Below, in pieces: positions 40,270-51,425 of a DNA stretch of 64,000 nucleotides (position 1 is the first letter of the stretch; every line of letters starts with the position of its first letter). The stretch spans positions 154,054 through 218,053 of the forward strand of contig CAZHTP010000002.1 in NCBI GenBank assembly GCA_964535655.1, written 5' to 3'. A program made the translations under genes and the position numbers. Below the pieces are notes generated by a model. That model made no database searches. It saw nothing but the letters and a program-made list of their open reading frames with translations, and had not been told where the DNA came from. This DNA comes from an uncultured Gammaproteobacteria bacterium. GTDB lineage: Bacteria; Patescibacteriota; Microgenomatia; JALYQM01.

Positions 40270-42528
40270 ATGTCAGAATCTTCAGAAACCCAAATTCCAG
40301 AAAAGCCGCGTCCACTTTTTGAAAAAATAGTTGCTGAAGAAATGAAAGAAGAAATAAAGCAAGGGTTCCATTTTGACCCTCGTATGGAGCGGGACATGCT
40401 TGAGCGGAATAAAGACACTCCCCCTCAAACGGTTCGTGGAATATTACTCGATACCGTAAGTAAGGAATATCAGGAGCCAAATGCCGCAAGCCTTGTTAGG
40501 AATCTTGAAACGCTCTCTGAATCCGAACAAGAGGAAGAGCATTTAAAAGTGCTAGTTGTTAAAGGTGTCTTCACGAGCTTCTATTTAGGAGAGTCGATAA
40601 TTAAAAGGCTTGCCGAGTCTAAAGGTCAAACTGAAAAGAAAATTGTAAATGAGGGTTCCTGGCGACTAGCAGGGTTATTAGTGGTTGCTCGCGCCACAGA
40701 ATGGCTTACGACACACGCCAGTAAAAAGCAAAAAGTTGACTCACCAGCCAATACGCTCTTAAAAGTGATTAGTAAAAATATTCCTATGATGTCTCGTAGA
40801 AAAGTGACCGGCGGCGATATCCATAAACCATGGGGTGAATTTTGCGAACTAGCTGATCAGAATGAACTAGTATATCCCTTACGAGTAGGAAATGCCAAAG
40901 ACAGTAGTGCGAATTTTATTGATACAGGAGATCCAGAAAATACGCTTGATCACAGAGCTGATGTTTTATCGGATCAAATTCTAGCTATTTGTAATTCATA
41001 TACCGACATGGCACAAATCTCTGCCGAAAATGGCCAGCCATTCGGATATCGAGATAACGAAAATAGAAGAATAGCATGGGATAAAGACAGGGATCTATTT
41101 ATTCCTATCGCATTAGCAAAAAGAATTAAGGGTGAAGTAAAAGCAAAAATTGTAATGGTCCGTCCTCAAGATAATGCTAACAGCACTCTTGCGCACAATA
41201 AGATAGCGTTGGAAGCCGCTTGTAGAGGAGCTATGGAAAGTGAATTAGACTGGAAAGATCCTTCAGAAATTACACGAGCTTTATTTGCAATCAATCTAGA
41301 CAAACAAGAACGACTTATGTCAAATGAAGATACTAAAGAGCTTTTAAATATTGGTTCTGAACTGCGCCCCATGGGAGTTTGGTCTCAAGGAGAAGATGAT
41401 TTAGGTAACGTACAAACTGAATACACCGCTAACCATACGGTAGCAGATGGAATGGCTACCGATCTTTTTGTGAATGGAGGTAAGACTCAAAAAAGAGTTC
41501 GTGATGGCACAGGTAAAACTATTTTGGTTACAAAAGAGTATAAAGGAATTCGAGGGTATTATAACGAGGGTAAATCCGACGAGCAGGCTTTGCATACTAA
41601 TGATGAGGCAAGATACAACACAGGGGAGATCAATGTAGAGCGCTGCTTTAATGATGGAGAGAATCCCGACGTCATAATTTCGAGAACTCACATTGATTCT
41701 GAACAAGGAAGCGATGTACTACAATCGGCGGTAATGATTGCCAACGAAATTTTTATTGATGTTGCAAAAAAAATAACTAAGGATCCTATATGGAACGACA
41801 TCCCCATTGGAGCAAACAATACCCATTCAAGTAAAGACAACCCTTTCCTAAGACTAGTTCCTGCTTCGATTTACAGAAAACATGCAGATAAATTTAACTC
41901 ATTGCCGGATAATTATGCTCAGTATAATGAAGTTTGGGCATTACTCTCCTCGCTAGTATCATACAAAGAAAATCGTTGGCTAATTGATAATTATGACACC
42001 ACAAAAAATGAAGAATCCTGGAATGACCATACTATGCCAGCCTCTCTCGAGTCTATGGCTGGTATAACCGAGTCAAATTTACCGCGGTGGATAAAGAAGA
42101 CTCTTTTTGCAATACAAAAGCATGAAAAGTTAAAAGTACTCAGATATGCATTAACCTACACTCAAACGGTCGTAAGTGACAAGGCGACTAACGGTGATGA
42201 TTTTAAACTTGCCGATAATTCTTCCCTACATAAAACGGTAAATAATGACGGCATGCCGGGTGTGGCAATTAGGCAAGAACATGATAAATTAGGCATAGTA
42301 TTCAGTCAGTCACGATCAGGAACGCTGATACCGCCTGAATATCTGGAAGCATATTCACTTTTGACTACCCGTGTTTTAGTGGATACCAGTAAATTGTTGT
42401 CAGATGTACAAGCCGAATTTAAAGCAACAGGAAAAGTTAATCTAAAAGAGCTAAACGAAAACTTGCAGAAGTTAAAAGAAAAAAATAGAGAATCGACGTT
42501 ACAGGAGGTCACTCGAGCAACGAGATAG
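40270..42528 (+). CDS. Large hypothetical protein with HxxxDG motif
   Basis: 752-aa ORF; YTANHTVADGMAT. Confidence 0.6.
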   Translation: MSESSETQIPEKPRPLFEKIVAEEMKEEIKQGFHFDPRMERDMLERNKDTPPQTVRGILLDTVSKEYQEPNAASLVRNLETLSESEQEEEHLKVLVVKGVFTSFYLGESIIKRLAESKGQTEKKIVNEGSWRLAGLLVVARATEWLTTHASKKQKVDSPANTLLKVISKNIPMMSRRKVTGGDIHKPWGEFCELADQNELVYPLRVGNAKDSSANFIDTGDPENTLDHRADVLSDQILAICNSYTDMAQISAENGQPFGYRDNENRRIAWDKDRDLFIPIALAKRIKGEVKAKIVMVRPQDNANSTLAHNKIALEAACRGAMESELDWKDPSEITRALFAINLDKQERLMSNEDTKELLNIGSELRPMGVWSQGEDDLGNVQTEYTANHTVADGMATDLFVNGGKTQKRVRDGTGKTILVTKEYKGIRGYYNEGKSDEQALHTNDEARYNTGEINVERCFNDGENPDVIISRTHIDSEQGSDVLQSAVMIANEIFIDVAKKITKDPIWNDIPIGANNTHSSKDNPFLRLVPASIYRKHADKFNSLPDNYAQYNEVWALLSSLVSYKENRWLIDNYDTTKNEESWNDHTMPASLESMAGITESNLPRWIKKTLFAIQKHEKLKVLRYALTYTQTVVSDKATNGDDFKLADNSSLHKTVNNDGMPGVAIRQEHDKLGIVFSQSRSGTLIPPEYLEAYSLLTTRVLVDTSKLLSDVQAEFKATGKVNLKELNENLQKLKEKNRESTLQEVTRATR

Positions 42529-42529
42529 T

Positions 42530-42877
42530 ATGAATCAATACTACGGCAACGCTATTTGGACCAATCATGCTCTTAAGCGCATAGGGCAGCGTGGCCTTTC
42601 ACAAGATATTGCCTGGCAGGCCTTTAAATATCCCGACACAACTCTTCCGGGAAAAAACCCAGGAACATCCGAGTTTCAGAAAAAATTTGGTATCTCACTT
42701 GTAACTATAATCGCCAAGCAAAACGAGAGACGGGAATGGATTATTCTGTCATGCTGGATAGATCCTCCATTGCCTGGGTCAATTGATGCAAAAAAGAGAG
42801 AAGACTGGAAAAGATATAAAAAGGCAGGATTTTGGGGAAAGTTCTGGTTAACATTAAAAAAGCAATTGGGGCTATAA
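42530..42877 (+). CDS. DUF4258-like protein
   Basis: WTNHALKRIGQRGL...PD, WIILSCW. Confidence 0.6.
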   Translation: MNQYYGNAIWTNHALKRIGQRGLSQDIAWQAFKYPDTTLPGKNPGTSEFQKKFGISLVTIIAKQNERREWIILSCWIDPPLPGSIDAKKREDWKRYKKAGFWGKFWLTLKKQLGL

Positions 42878-42949
42878 TACATTTAAACCCAGCCTTTTAA
42901 GTATCTTACCCCTTGAAACCTGCAAGAATTTGCGCAACACTGGAAGCAT

Positions 42950-45226
42950 ATGGAAAAACTCCTTGTATGGTTTAACGAAGTTGGTAAAAATGATGTATCA
43001 CTAGTAGGGGGAAAAGGTGCTAACTTAGGAGAAATGACTCAAGCCGGAATCCCAGTCCCACCGGGATTTATTGTAACCTCACAGAGCTGGTATCAGTTTA
43101 TCGATGAAACTGGTTTGCGTAATGAAATCAAATCTCACCTAAAAGGATTGGATGTAGGAGATTCAAAGAAATTACAAAAAGTTTCAGAAGAGATAAAATG
43201 GTTAATCACTTCAACAAAAACGCCTAAATACTTAGAAGATAAAATTAAAGAATATTATCGCCAGTTAAGCAATGGGACAAACATGCTGGTTGCAGTTCGG
43301 TCCTCCGCAACTGCAGAAGATCTTCCCGACGCCTCTTTTGCGGGGCAGCAAGCTACGTTCTTGAATATACACGGTGAAGAAGAAGTCGCACGAACAGTTA
43401 AAAGATGTTGGGCATCTCTCTTTGAAGCGCGTGCAATATTCTACCGAGAAGAACAAAAGTTCGACCATTTCAAAGTAGGAATAGCTGTGCCTGTACAGAA
43501 AATGGTGCAATCAGATGTTTCGGGAATTATGTTCTCAATAAATCCGGTAACCAACGATAAAGATACTATAATTATCGAAGCAATTTATGGCCTAGGCGAG
43601 TATATTGTCGGAGGTAATGTTAATCCTGATCATTACGAAATAGATAAAAACTCCTTAACAATAAAAAATAAAATTATTGTTTCTCAGACCCATAAATTAG
43701 TGAAAATGAGCAACGGGGGTAACGAAGATCAACCAGTGCCGGAAGAATGGCAGGGTGTTCAAAAATTGTGGGATGAATCCATACCTCCGCTTGCCGACAT
43801 ATCTCGAAGGCTCGAACAACACTACGGAAAACCACAAGATAGTGAATGGGCAGTAGAGAAAGGTCAGGTATTTATTGTACAGACCCGACCGATCACGACC
43901 GTAAATGCGGTTGCAAAAGTAAATGCAACTGTTGTTAATGCAGATATTCAAGCCATTTTAAATACCCCTACGATAGTCACAGGCGCTGCAGCATCTCCAG
44001 GGGTCGCTGCTGGGCCAGTTGTTGTAATTCATTCTCCTAATGATATAGATCAAGTACATGACGGGGATGTTCTTGTTACCGAAATGACTACTCCAGATTT
44101 TGTTCCTGCAATGAAGCGAGCAGCAGCAATAGTTACTGATCTGGGCGGAAGAACCTGTCACGCCGCGATTGTGTCACGCGAATTGGGTATTCCGTGCGTT
44201 GTAGGTACTAATAATGCTACACAAGCATTGAAGACAGGGCAAATGATAACAGTAAATGGCTCGGGCGGAACGGTGCATGCTGGGGGAGTTGCACATAAAA
44301 GTGATCAAAAAGCCAAGTCTGAAGCTGAAGAAAAAGAATCAGAGAGACTTAATACGCACACCAAAGTATATGTTAACTTAGCTGAACCAGAGCTTGCAAG
44401 TGAGATTGCAGCAAAACATGTAGACGGAGTAGGCCTACTGCGAGCGGAATTTATGATCGCCGGCATTGGGGTACATCCAAAGAAGCTATTAAAAGAAGGG
44501 CGAGGCCAAGAATTTACTGATAAGTTAGCCGAAGGTTTAAAACAATTTTGTGAAGCTTTCGATCCACGTCCAATAATCTATCGTGCTACTGATTTCAAAA
44601 CCAATGAGTATCGTTCTCTTGAGGGGGGCGCAGAATTCGAACCAGAAGAGCCAAACCCAATGCTTGGGTATCGAGGTTGCTTCCGGTACATAAACGATCC
44701 CGATGTATTCCGTTTGGAAGTTGAAGCAATCAAAAAAGTTCGTAACGAATATGGTTTTAAAAATCTGCATCTTATGATTCCATTTGTAAGAACCGTTGAT
44801 GAATTAATAAAAGTTAAACATATTTTGAATGAGTTTGGTCTGCGTCGATCTGCCACATTCAAATTACTTATGATGGTTGAAATTCCTTCTAACGTTTTAC
44901 TTCTTGACGAATTCTTAGATGTGGGCGTTGATGGTGTATCAATAGGTTCAAACGATTTAACGATGCTTATTTTAGGCACTGATCGGGATAATAACGAAGT
45001 TGCGGGTGAATTCGACGAGCGAAACGAAGCAGTAATGCTTGCGTTAGAACATATTGTTAAGACCTGTAAGAAGCATCATGTTCTTTGCGGAATCTGTGGT
45101 CAAGCGCCATCTGTGTACCCTGAAATTACTGAAAAACTAGTCGAATGGGGCATAACCTCAGTATCTGTCTCTCCAGACATGATCGGACATACACGAAAAA
45201 TAATCCACCAAATTGAAAGTCGCTAA
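42950..45226 (+). CDS. ppsA: Phosphoenolpyruvate synthase
   Basis: GGKGANLGEM, VRSSATAED, SFAGQQ, GGRTCHAAIVSRE, GVGLLRAEF, SIGSNDLT. Confidence 0.97.
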   Translation: MEKLLVWFNEVGKNDVSLVGGKGANLGEMTQAGIPVPPGFIVTSQSWYQFIDETGLRNEIKSHLKGLDVGDSKKLQKVSEEIKWLITSTKTPKYLEDKIKEYYRQLSNGTNMLVAVRSSATAEDLPDASFAGQQATFLNIHGEEEVARTVKRCWASLFEARAIFYREEQKFDHFKVGIAVPVQKMVQSDVSGIMFSINPVTNDKDTIIIEAIYGLGEYIVGGNVNPDHYEIDKNSLTIKNKIIVSQTHKLVKMSNGGNEDQPVPEEWQGVQKLWDESIPPLADISRRLEQHYGKPQDSEWAVEKGQVFIVQTRPITTVNAVAKVNATVVNADIQAILNTPTIVTGAAASPGVAAGPVVVIHSPNDIDQVHDGDVLVTEMTTPDFVPAMKRAAAIVTDLGGRTCHAAIVSRELGIPCVVGTNNATQALKTGQMITVNGSGGTVHAGGVAHKSDQKAKSEAEEKESERLNTHTKVYVNLAEPELASEIAAKHVDGVGLLRAEFMIAGIGVHPKKLLKEGRGQEFTDKLAEGLKQFCEAFDPRPIIYRATDFKTNEYRSLEGGAEFEPEEPNPMLGYRGCFRYINDPDVFRLEVEAIKKVRNEYGFKNLHLMIPFVRTVDELIKVKHILNEFGLRRSATFKLLMMVEIPSNVLLLDEFLDVGVDGVSIGSNDLTMLILGTDRDNNEVAGEFDERNEAVMLALEHIVKTCKKHHVLCGICGQAPSVYPEITEKLVEWGITSVSVSPDMIGHTRKIIHQIESR

Positions 45227-45255
45227 AAGCTTCGATCATGTGCACGAAGCTTTTT
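45226..45255. terminator. Bidirectional terminator
   Basis: AAAAGCTTCG-loop-CGAAGCTTTT between convergent genes. Confidence 0.7.
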
Positions 45256-47777
45256 TACTTATGATGAAATTTATAATAATAATGTTTTACGAACTCAGTT
45301 ACCACGATGTAAGTTACGAGGACAATTCCAATTAAAGTTAGATGAACATAAGTAGGTGAAATAAATTTAAACACATCATGCCCAAAAGGAGTAAATGGAG
45401 TAATAATGGTAGCAAGAGCTGCAAACCCCGTAAGTATGAGCACAAACCAAGAGGGACGTTTTGCTTTAAAGAAAGGGAGCCGGGTTCTCACAAGGAACAG
45501 GAATAACAGTTCAGTTAGAACGCTCGCAATAAACCAATTGGTTTGCAATAATGAAGGCTCAAATCGGCGGAACAACGCGAATACAATAAAATCAAAAACG
45601 GTACTAGTAATTCCCAATATAGTTGCAAAAAGAGCGATATCCCGGACATCATAATTTTTGGGTCTCATTATTTCAACATCATCCACCGTATCCGTGGCAA
45701 TGGAAATCATGGGGAAATCCGAAAGCAAGTTGCAAAGTAAAATCTGTATTGGCAACATTGGAAGGTAATCTAAAATGAGTGATGCTACTGCAACCGCATA
45801 AAAGTTGCCAAAATTAGATGCTAAAGTTGCTTTTACGTATTTCAATGTGTTCGCAAAAACCGATCTACCTTCACGAATTCCGTCGATAATAACAAGTAAA
45901 GAGTGTTTTAATAAGACAATATCTGCAGCTTCCCGAGCAACATCAGATGCTCCATCTACAACTAATCCTACATTCGCAATTTTAAGAGCGGGAGCATCAT
46001 TAATTCCTTCACCCAAAAACCCTACTTCATATGAGTTTTGTAATGTCTGAATAATAGTATATTTTTGCTCGGGCGTGACCCGGGCAAATACGGAACATGC
46101 CGAGATCTTTGCAAGACGCTCAACTGGTGAAAGAGCATCTACTTGCTCACCCGTTAAAACATCCTGAGGTGAGGTAACAAGGCCTACTTGGTGCGCAACA
46201 GCCCCAGCAACTTCAGGGCTATCACCAGTTACGATCTTAACTTGTACTCCAAGAGAATGGGCTTTTTTAATTGCTGATACAGCAGTTGACTTAATAGGAT
46301 CTACAAATGAAATTAGCCCTACAAGAGACAGTCCATTTTCTGCAGCGATCAGATCGGTTGGCGCTTCAGTACCGCATTCTTTATAAGCTACCGCTATCGC
46401 ACGCTTGCCATTGGTCCCCATATCCGTTACCCATGATCTCAATTCAGATTTGAGCGATTCAGAAATCCCCGATGATATAGTAATGATATCGTCGGCCGCT
46501 CCACGCGCAATTAGGTAATAGCGAGCATCTTTTTTAACAAGCATTAAGTTGCGTCGGCGATTTGGGTCAAAGGGGACTTCATCAACGCGCGCGTAAGTTC
46601 GCAGAACTTCTCGTTCACTGGCATCGATCGCATTATGAATAGAGAGGTCAAAGGCATTGTTAGGCAGGCCAAGATTTTCATCGAGAAATGGTGCTGCCAA
46701 GCTTGCATAATGTAAAACGTTTTGTTCAGAAACTGATTTAATGTCCGCTACTTCAAGCTTGTTTTGCGTAATCGTACCTGTTTTATCAGTACATAAAATT
46801 TCAATACTTCCAAGATCTTCAATTGCGGACAGTCTTTTTACAACAACTTTATTTCTTGCAAGCGAAACAGCTCCTCGAGCAAGAGAAAATGTCATCACTA
46901 CAGGGAGCGCTTCCGGAATAACGCTAACAGCAAGGGCTATCGAAAATATAAGTAATTCAGTAAAGTTTGCTGAGCTCCCCTTTATAAACAAATTGGCCAA
47001 AAATACGAAAATAAGAGTAACAACGACCAAATTAAGAATAAATCTGCTGAGCTTATTAATATTTTTGTCGAAGGTGCTTTGATGCTTGGTTTGAGTTGCG
47101 AGATGAGTAATATCTCCAAGATTAGTCTCAACGCCGGTAAAAAGTACTATAGCCGTGCCCTTCCCACTTACAATTGTGGTTCCTGACAAAACGATATTGG
47201 ATGCTTTATAAACCTCGGCAGTTTGCCTTGCCAAAGCATCGGCGGTTTTTACGACAGGAACAGATTCTCCGGTAAGAATAGATTCATCAACGGTGAGGCC
47301 TTTTTCGATTACAACGCGTACATCCGCAGGCACAATATCCCCAGTTTCCAAAATAATACAATCCCCCGGTACTAACTCCGCGCTATCAATAATCGTCTCT
47401 TTACCATCACGAATAACTCGAGCTCGTCGTACAATGAATTTTTTGAGCAGTTGCAACGATTGCGCGGAATGATATTCCTGATAAAACCCTAGAACGGTAT
47501 TAATCGTAATAAAAAGTATAATTAATGTTGCATCTACTCGCTCTCCAAGCAAAAAAGCCAGTATTGCTGAGAAGAAAAGGAGATAAATAAAAGGAGACAA
47601 TAATTGACGAAATAACAGTTCTCGAATACTCGTATCTTTTCCTTTTATCTCATTTCGCCCAAACTTTGCGGCGCGTAAAGAAGCCTCATAAAAAGAAAGT
47701 CCATTCAAGGCAGAGGTAGTAAACTCGCGAAATATCTCTTCAACAGATTTTGATGTATATGGCGCAAATGATGACAT
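45255..47777 (-). CDS. mgtA: P-type ATPase, MgtA-like
   Basis: TGES, PEALP, DKTGT, PFDP.RR, TGD, GEGINDAPAL, SNFGN, NLLSD. Confidence 0.85.
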   Translation of the reverse strand: MSSFAPYTSKSVEEIFREFTTSALNGLSFYEASLRAAKFGRNEIKGKDTSIRELLFRQLLSPFIYLLFFSAILAFLLGERVDATLIILFITINTVLGFYQEYHSAQSLQLLKKFIVRRARVIRDGKETIIDSAELVPGDCIILETGDIVPADVRVVIEKGLTVDESILTGESVPVVKTADALARQTAEVYKASNIVLSGTTIVSGKGTAIVLFTGVETNLGDITHLATQTKHQSTFDKNINKLSRFILNLVVVTLIFVFLANLFIKGSSANFTELLIFSIALAVSVIPEALPVVMTFSLARGAVSLARNKVVVKRLSAIEDLGSIEILCTDKTGTITQNKLEVADIKSVSEQNVLHYASLAAPFLDENLGLPNNAFDLSIHNAIDASEREVLRTYARVDEVPFDPNRRRNLMLVKKDARYYLIARGAADDIITISSGISESLKSELRSWVTDMGTNGKRAIAVAYKECGTEAPTDLIAAENGLSLVGLISFVDPIKSTAVSAIKKAHSLGVQVKIVTGDSPEVAGAVAHQVGLVTSPQDVLTGEQVDALSPVERLAKISACSVFARVTPEQKYTIIQTLQNSYEVGFLGEGINDAPALKIANVGLVVDGASDVAREAADIVLLKHSLLVIIDGIREGRSVFANTLKYVKATLASNFGNFYAVAVASLILDYLPMLPIQILLCNLLSDFPMISIATDTVDDVEIMRPKNYDVRDIALFATILGITSTVFDFIVFALFRRFEPSLLQTNWFIASVLTELLFLFLVRTRLPFFKAKRPSWFVLILTGFAALATIITPFTPFGHDVFKFISPTYVHLTLIGIVLVTYIVVTEFVKHYYYKFHHK

Positions 47778-48198
47778 AGCTACATAATACATCAAATTTT
47801 TGCTAATTAACCAGAACGTGTAATTGGAACACTTTACACCCATTTCGTCTTGCCGGATGAATTTCTATAGTTACAGTACCACCTTCTAATGATGTTGCAC
47901 TTATTTGAGGACCAGAATGAGGTACTTGGCTCAGTCTGCCAAACTTAAGCCTGCCTAACAAATCAGATTGCACTTCTTGAGGTATCACTTACTCTCATTG
48001 TAACTGGAACACATTTTAAGCCGAAACTCTTAGACTATAAAAAAAATTGGAGAAAAAAAGAGTTCAGGCTCAAAGATGTGCCCATCGGGTTAAAAAACGC
48101 GAACACCTTTGCTAACTCTATCGTGAAGCTATCAACTGTAATTAAGTCAACAAAAAGCGCTATTGCCAGCTATCCAAATTTAGAGTATCAAAGAGGAA

Positions 48199-49923
48199 AT
48201 GAAGATTAGGCACTTAAAGGTTCAAAACTTCCGAGGTATTAAAAGCCTTGACTGGAATATAACTAACGATTTAGTCTGTTTGCTTGGCGCAGGTGATAGT
48301 ACTAAATCAACAATATTGCTTTCAATAGAGTATGCGTTATACCCTTCGTATGGTCTATATTTATGTGATACTGATTTCTATAACCAAGATCTTAATAATC
48401 CTATTATCATAGAAGTAACACTTAGCGATATCCCTGACACTTTTTTAAATGAAAACAAATATGGACTTAGGCTGCGAGGATGGAATGCTGTTGATGGTAT
48501 TCATGACGAACCATTTACAGGTGACGAACAAGCACTAACTATACAGCTTTCAGTTGATGATACCTTAGAGCCGCACTGGGTTGTAATTACTCAAAGACAT
48601 CAGGAAGGACAACCTATATCTCATATGGATCGAGACAGATTAGGAGTGTCGCCCATAGGGGCATTTTTAGAAAAAGATCTATCTTGGGCGAAAGGATCTC
48701 CATTATTTAGATTAACAGGGAGTTTAAATGAAGCAAACCAAATTATGCTAAACGCAAGACGTAATATGCGTCAAAGTATAGTTAGTGATGAGAGTACAAA
48801 GGTATGGATAGACCAGTGCACGCAGTTAGCCAAGAATGCTGAGAACATAGGGGTAAAAAGTAAAAATGTTTTGTTACCAGCCATGGATTTGAAATCAAAT
48901 TCAAGCCACAACTCATATTTGTCATTGTATGATGGAGATATTCCCACTAGGCAGTATGGATTAGGTAGTAAACGATTATTGACTATGTCAATCCAACAGC
49001 AAAGTGTGGCTAACGGTGCGGTGATTCTTGTGGACGAAATAGAACATGGTCTCGAGCCTCATAGACTAAGGCATCTTGTACGGTATTTTAGACAAGCTTT
49101 ATCCATTGAAGACACTATACGTATCGGTCAAGTAATTTTTACAACACATTCAAGTATCAGTATTGAGGAATGCAAAGCAGACGAGCTTAACTGTGTGCTG
49201 AGTAGAAATGGAACAATTGAAGTAGTATCAGTTGACGTAACCCTGCAAGGCCTAGCGCGAAGCTGTCCTGAAGCATTCCTTGGGAAAAAGATAATCGTAG
49301 GAGAAGGAAAAACTGAATTTGGAGTATGTAGAGGATTAAACCAGGAATGGGATTCATGTTTTGGCCTATTAGGAGTAGTACCTGTAAATGGCGTCGGATA
49401 TACGAACGCACCTAAGATAGCAATCCAACTCAAAAAGCTTGGATACGACGTAGCCTTGATGATTGATAGCGATCAATTAATGAGCCAAGAGCATCGAAAT
49501 GAAATCGGGCAACTTGGAGTATGCCTACTAGAATGGGACGGTGGAACTAGCATAGAAGAAAGATTTTTCTTTGACATGCCATGGCCAACTCTTAAAGAAG
49601 AACTACAGGCATTAATAAGCTATTACTCGAATAATCCGTCTCATATCTTTGAACCTATCATACAAAAATTAGGAGTTAAAGCTTCACTCACAGATTGGGG
49701 AGAAGATATTGATAGCTGGTTGTCCAAAGGGATAACAGAAGTACAGTTGAGAACTGCTGCAGGGAAGGCTGCACATAGTTCAGCATGGTACAAGGATCGA
49801 GTAGGAATAGATTTAAGTCAACCCTTAGGCCAGAGAATCGCTAACGCACTAGAGAATATGAAGGGGACAAATACGTATGTTAATCTTAAAAAGCTAAAAC
49901 AATGGATACACGATGGATTATGA
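48199..49923 (+). CDS. OLD-family ATP-dependent nuclease (GajA-like)
   Basis: NFRGI, GAGDSTKST, GLGSKR, VDEIEHGLEPH, TTHS, TOPRIM GEGKTE and DSD. Confidence 0.85.
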   Translation: MKIRHLKVQNFRGIKSLDWNITNDLVCLLGAGDSTKSTILLSIEYALYPSYGLYLCDTDFYNQDLNNPIIIEVTLSDIPDTFLNENKYGLRLRGWNAVDGIHDEPFTGDEQALTIQLSVDDTLEPHWVVITQRHQEGQPISHMDRDRLGVSPIGAFLEKDLSWAKGSPLFRLTGSLNEANQIMLNARRNMRQSIVSDESTKVWIDQCTQLAKNAENIGVKSKNVLLPAMDLKSNSSHNSYLSLYDGDIPTRQYGLGSKRLLTMSIQQQSVANGAVILVDEIEHGLEPHRLRHLVRYFRQALSIEDTIRIGQVIFTTHSSISIEECKADELNCVLSRNGTIEVVSVDVTLQGLARSCPEAFLGKKIIVGEGKTEFGVCRGLNQEWDSCFGLLGVVPVNGVGYTNAPKIAIQLKKLGYDVALMIDSDQLMSQEHRNEIGQLGVCLLEWDGGTSIEERFFFDMPWPTLKEELQALISYYSNNPSHIFEPIIQKLGVKASLTDWGEDIDSWLSKGITEVQLRTAAGKAAHSSAWYKDRVGIDLSQPLGQRIANALENMKGTNTYVNLKKLKQWIHDGL

Positions 49924-51337
49924 TATCGACTCTATTATCAACGCAAGGCGCGGGGCAATAATTGCTGCTGCGGGGTGTGGAAAAACGCAAGCAATAGTAA
50001 AAGCTGTCTCAAAATCACCAGGGCTCCAATTGATCTTAACTCATACTCATGCCGGCGTTGATTCTTTGGTTGCAAGATTCAAACGCTTGGGTGTTAGTAC
50101 AAAAAAGTATCATGTCGAGACCATTGCCAGCTTTGCCATGCGATATACAGAAGCATATCCTGTTTTAAGTGGTTTGATCGAACATTCTTCCGAGAACGAT
50201 ATCTGGGCTGATCGATATGAATCGATGTTCCAATTGTTAAGCTATTCTGTAATTCATAAGATAATCAAAGAGACTTATTCTGGTATGTACGTGGATGAAT
50301 ACCAAGATTGTAGTTTAAAGCAGCACCTGATTTGCACTAAATTAGCGGATCTTATCCCATGTAGGGTTTTTGGCGACCCGTTGCAAAGTATCTTTACATT
50401 TGGAGGACAGCAAGTGGTAAGTTGGGATGAGCATGTATTCCCTAGTTTTGAGCGTCTTCCCGAGCTAAATATTCCATGGAGATGGTATAAATCAAACAAG
50501 ACGCTTGATAGGGAGTTAGGTGATTGGTTACAAACATGTAGGAAACTCTTAATAAGTGGATCACCAATAGATTTAAGAGATGCTCCGAAAGATGCAGTTA
50601 GCTGGGTTGAGCCTGACTCAGATGGATTCCGTACAATCCACAATCATTGCTACCGACTTTTAAAAGCATCTGGCTCTGTTATGGTAATAATGGATCAAGC
50701 TAACCAGTGTCACAGTTTGGCTCGTAACTTGGGAGGTGCGTATCAATCAATGGAAGAGATGGATTCAAAAGATCTACGTTATTTCGCTGCTCAGCTTATG
50801 AGTGCGAGTAGAGTGATGAGAGTGATTGCTATTCTTGAGTTCGCAAAAAGATGTATGACAGAATCGACCGCCATTACAGAGATACAGAAGGCATTTGAGC
50901 TTCAACGACTAGAAAAAATAAAAAGTAAATACCCTCAGTTAATATTTATTTTAGAATCGGCTACGAACAATGACACCTTACGAGACTTAGAAATATCACT
51001 GGACGCGATACAGACGTATTTAAAAGGAAAAATATTTCGTAGGGAACTATGGAGCGAGATGAAGAGAGCTTTGATTTATTCAGCTCAGAATAATGTATCT
51101 TTAATCGATAGCGTTCAAACTGTACGCAATAGAACAAGGATAACAGGAAGATACATCAACCCTAAAATGATTTCACGAACTCTTTTGGTAAAGGGATTGG
51201 AGTTTGATCACGTCCTAATATCTAGTGCAGACAAAATGACTAAAGAAAATCTGTATGTTGCCCTTACTAGACCAACAAGTACGCTAACTATCCTAACCAG
51301 ATCACCTATTCTTCAAGGTATTGATATCAAAACATAA
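49913..51337 (+). CDS. UvrD-like helicase (GajB-like)
   Basis: AAAGCGKT, VDEYQD, FGDPLQSIF, KGLEFD, LYVALTR; overlaps the nuclease gene. Confidence 0.85.
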   Translation: MDYDIDSIINARRGAIIAAAGCGKTQAIVKAVSKSPGLQLILTHTHAGVDSLVARFKRLGVSTKKYHVETIASFAMRYTEAYPVLSGLIEHSSENDIWADRYESMFQLLSYSVIHKIIKETYSGMYVDEYQDCSLKQHLICTKLADLIPCRVFGDPLQSIFTFGGQQVVSWDEHVFPSFERLPELNIPWRWYKSNKTLDRELGDWLQTCRKLLISGSPIDLRDAPKDAVSWVEPDSDGFRTIHNHCYRLLKASGSVMVIMDQANQCHSLARNLGGAYQSMEEMDSKDLRYFAAQLMSASRVMRVIAILEFAKRCMTESTAITEIQKAFELQRLEKIKSKYPQLIFILESATNNDTLRDLEISLDAIQTYLKGKIFRRELWSEMKRALIYSAQNNVSLIDSVQTVRNRTRITGRYINPKMISRTLLVKGLEFDHVLISSADKMTKENLYVALTRPTSTLTILTRSPILQGIDIKT

Positions 51338-51425
51338 ATAAGCATGTCCTTTTTCAAAAACGGGTCAAGGCCAATGACTTAATATATAAAACACACCCAC
51401 CGACATGCAAAAGAGGTAACGTAAA

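Noticed and set aside
47803-47988. 61-aa ORF upstream of the P-type ATPase as a leader peptide
   Set aside because: No clear SD or MgtL-like features; cannot be supported
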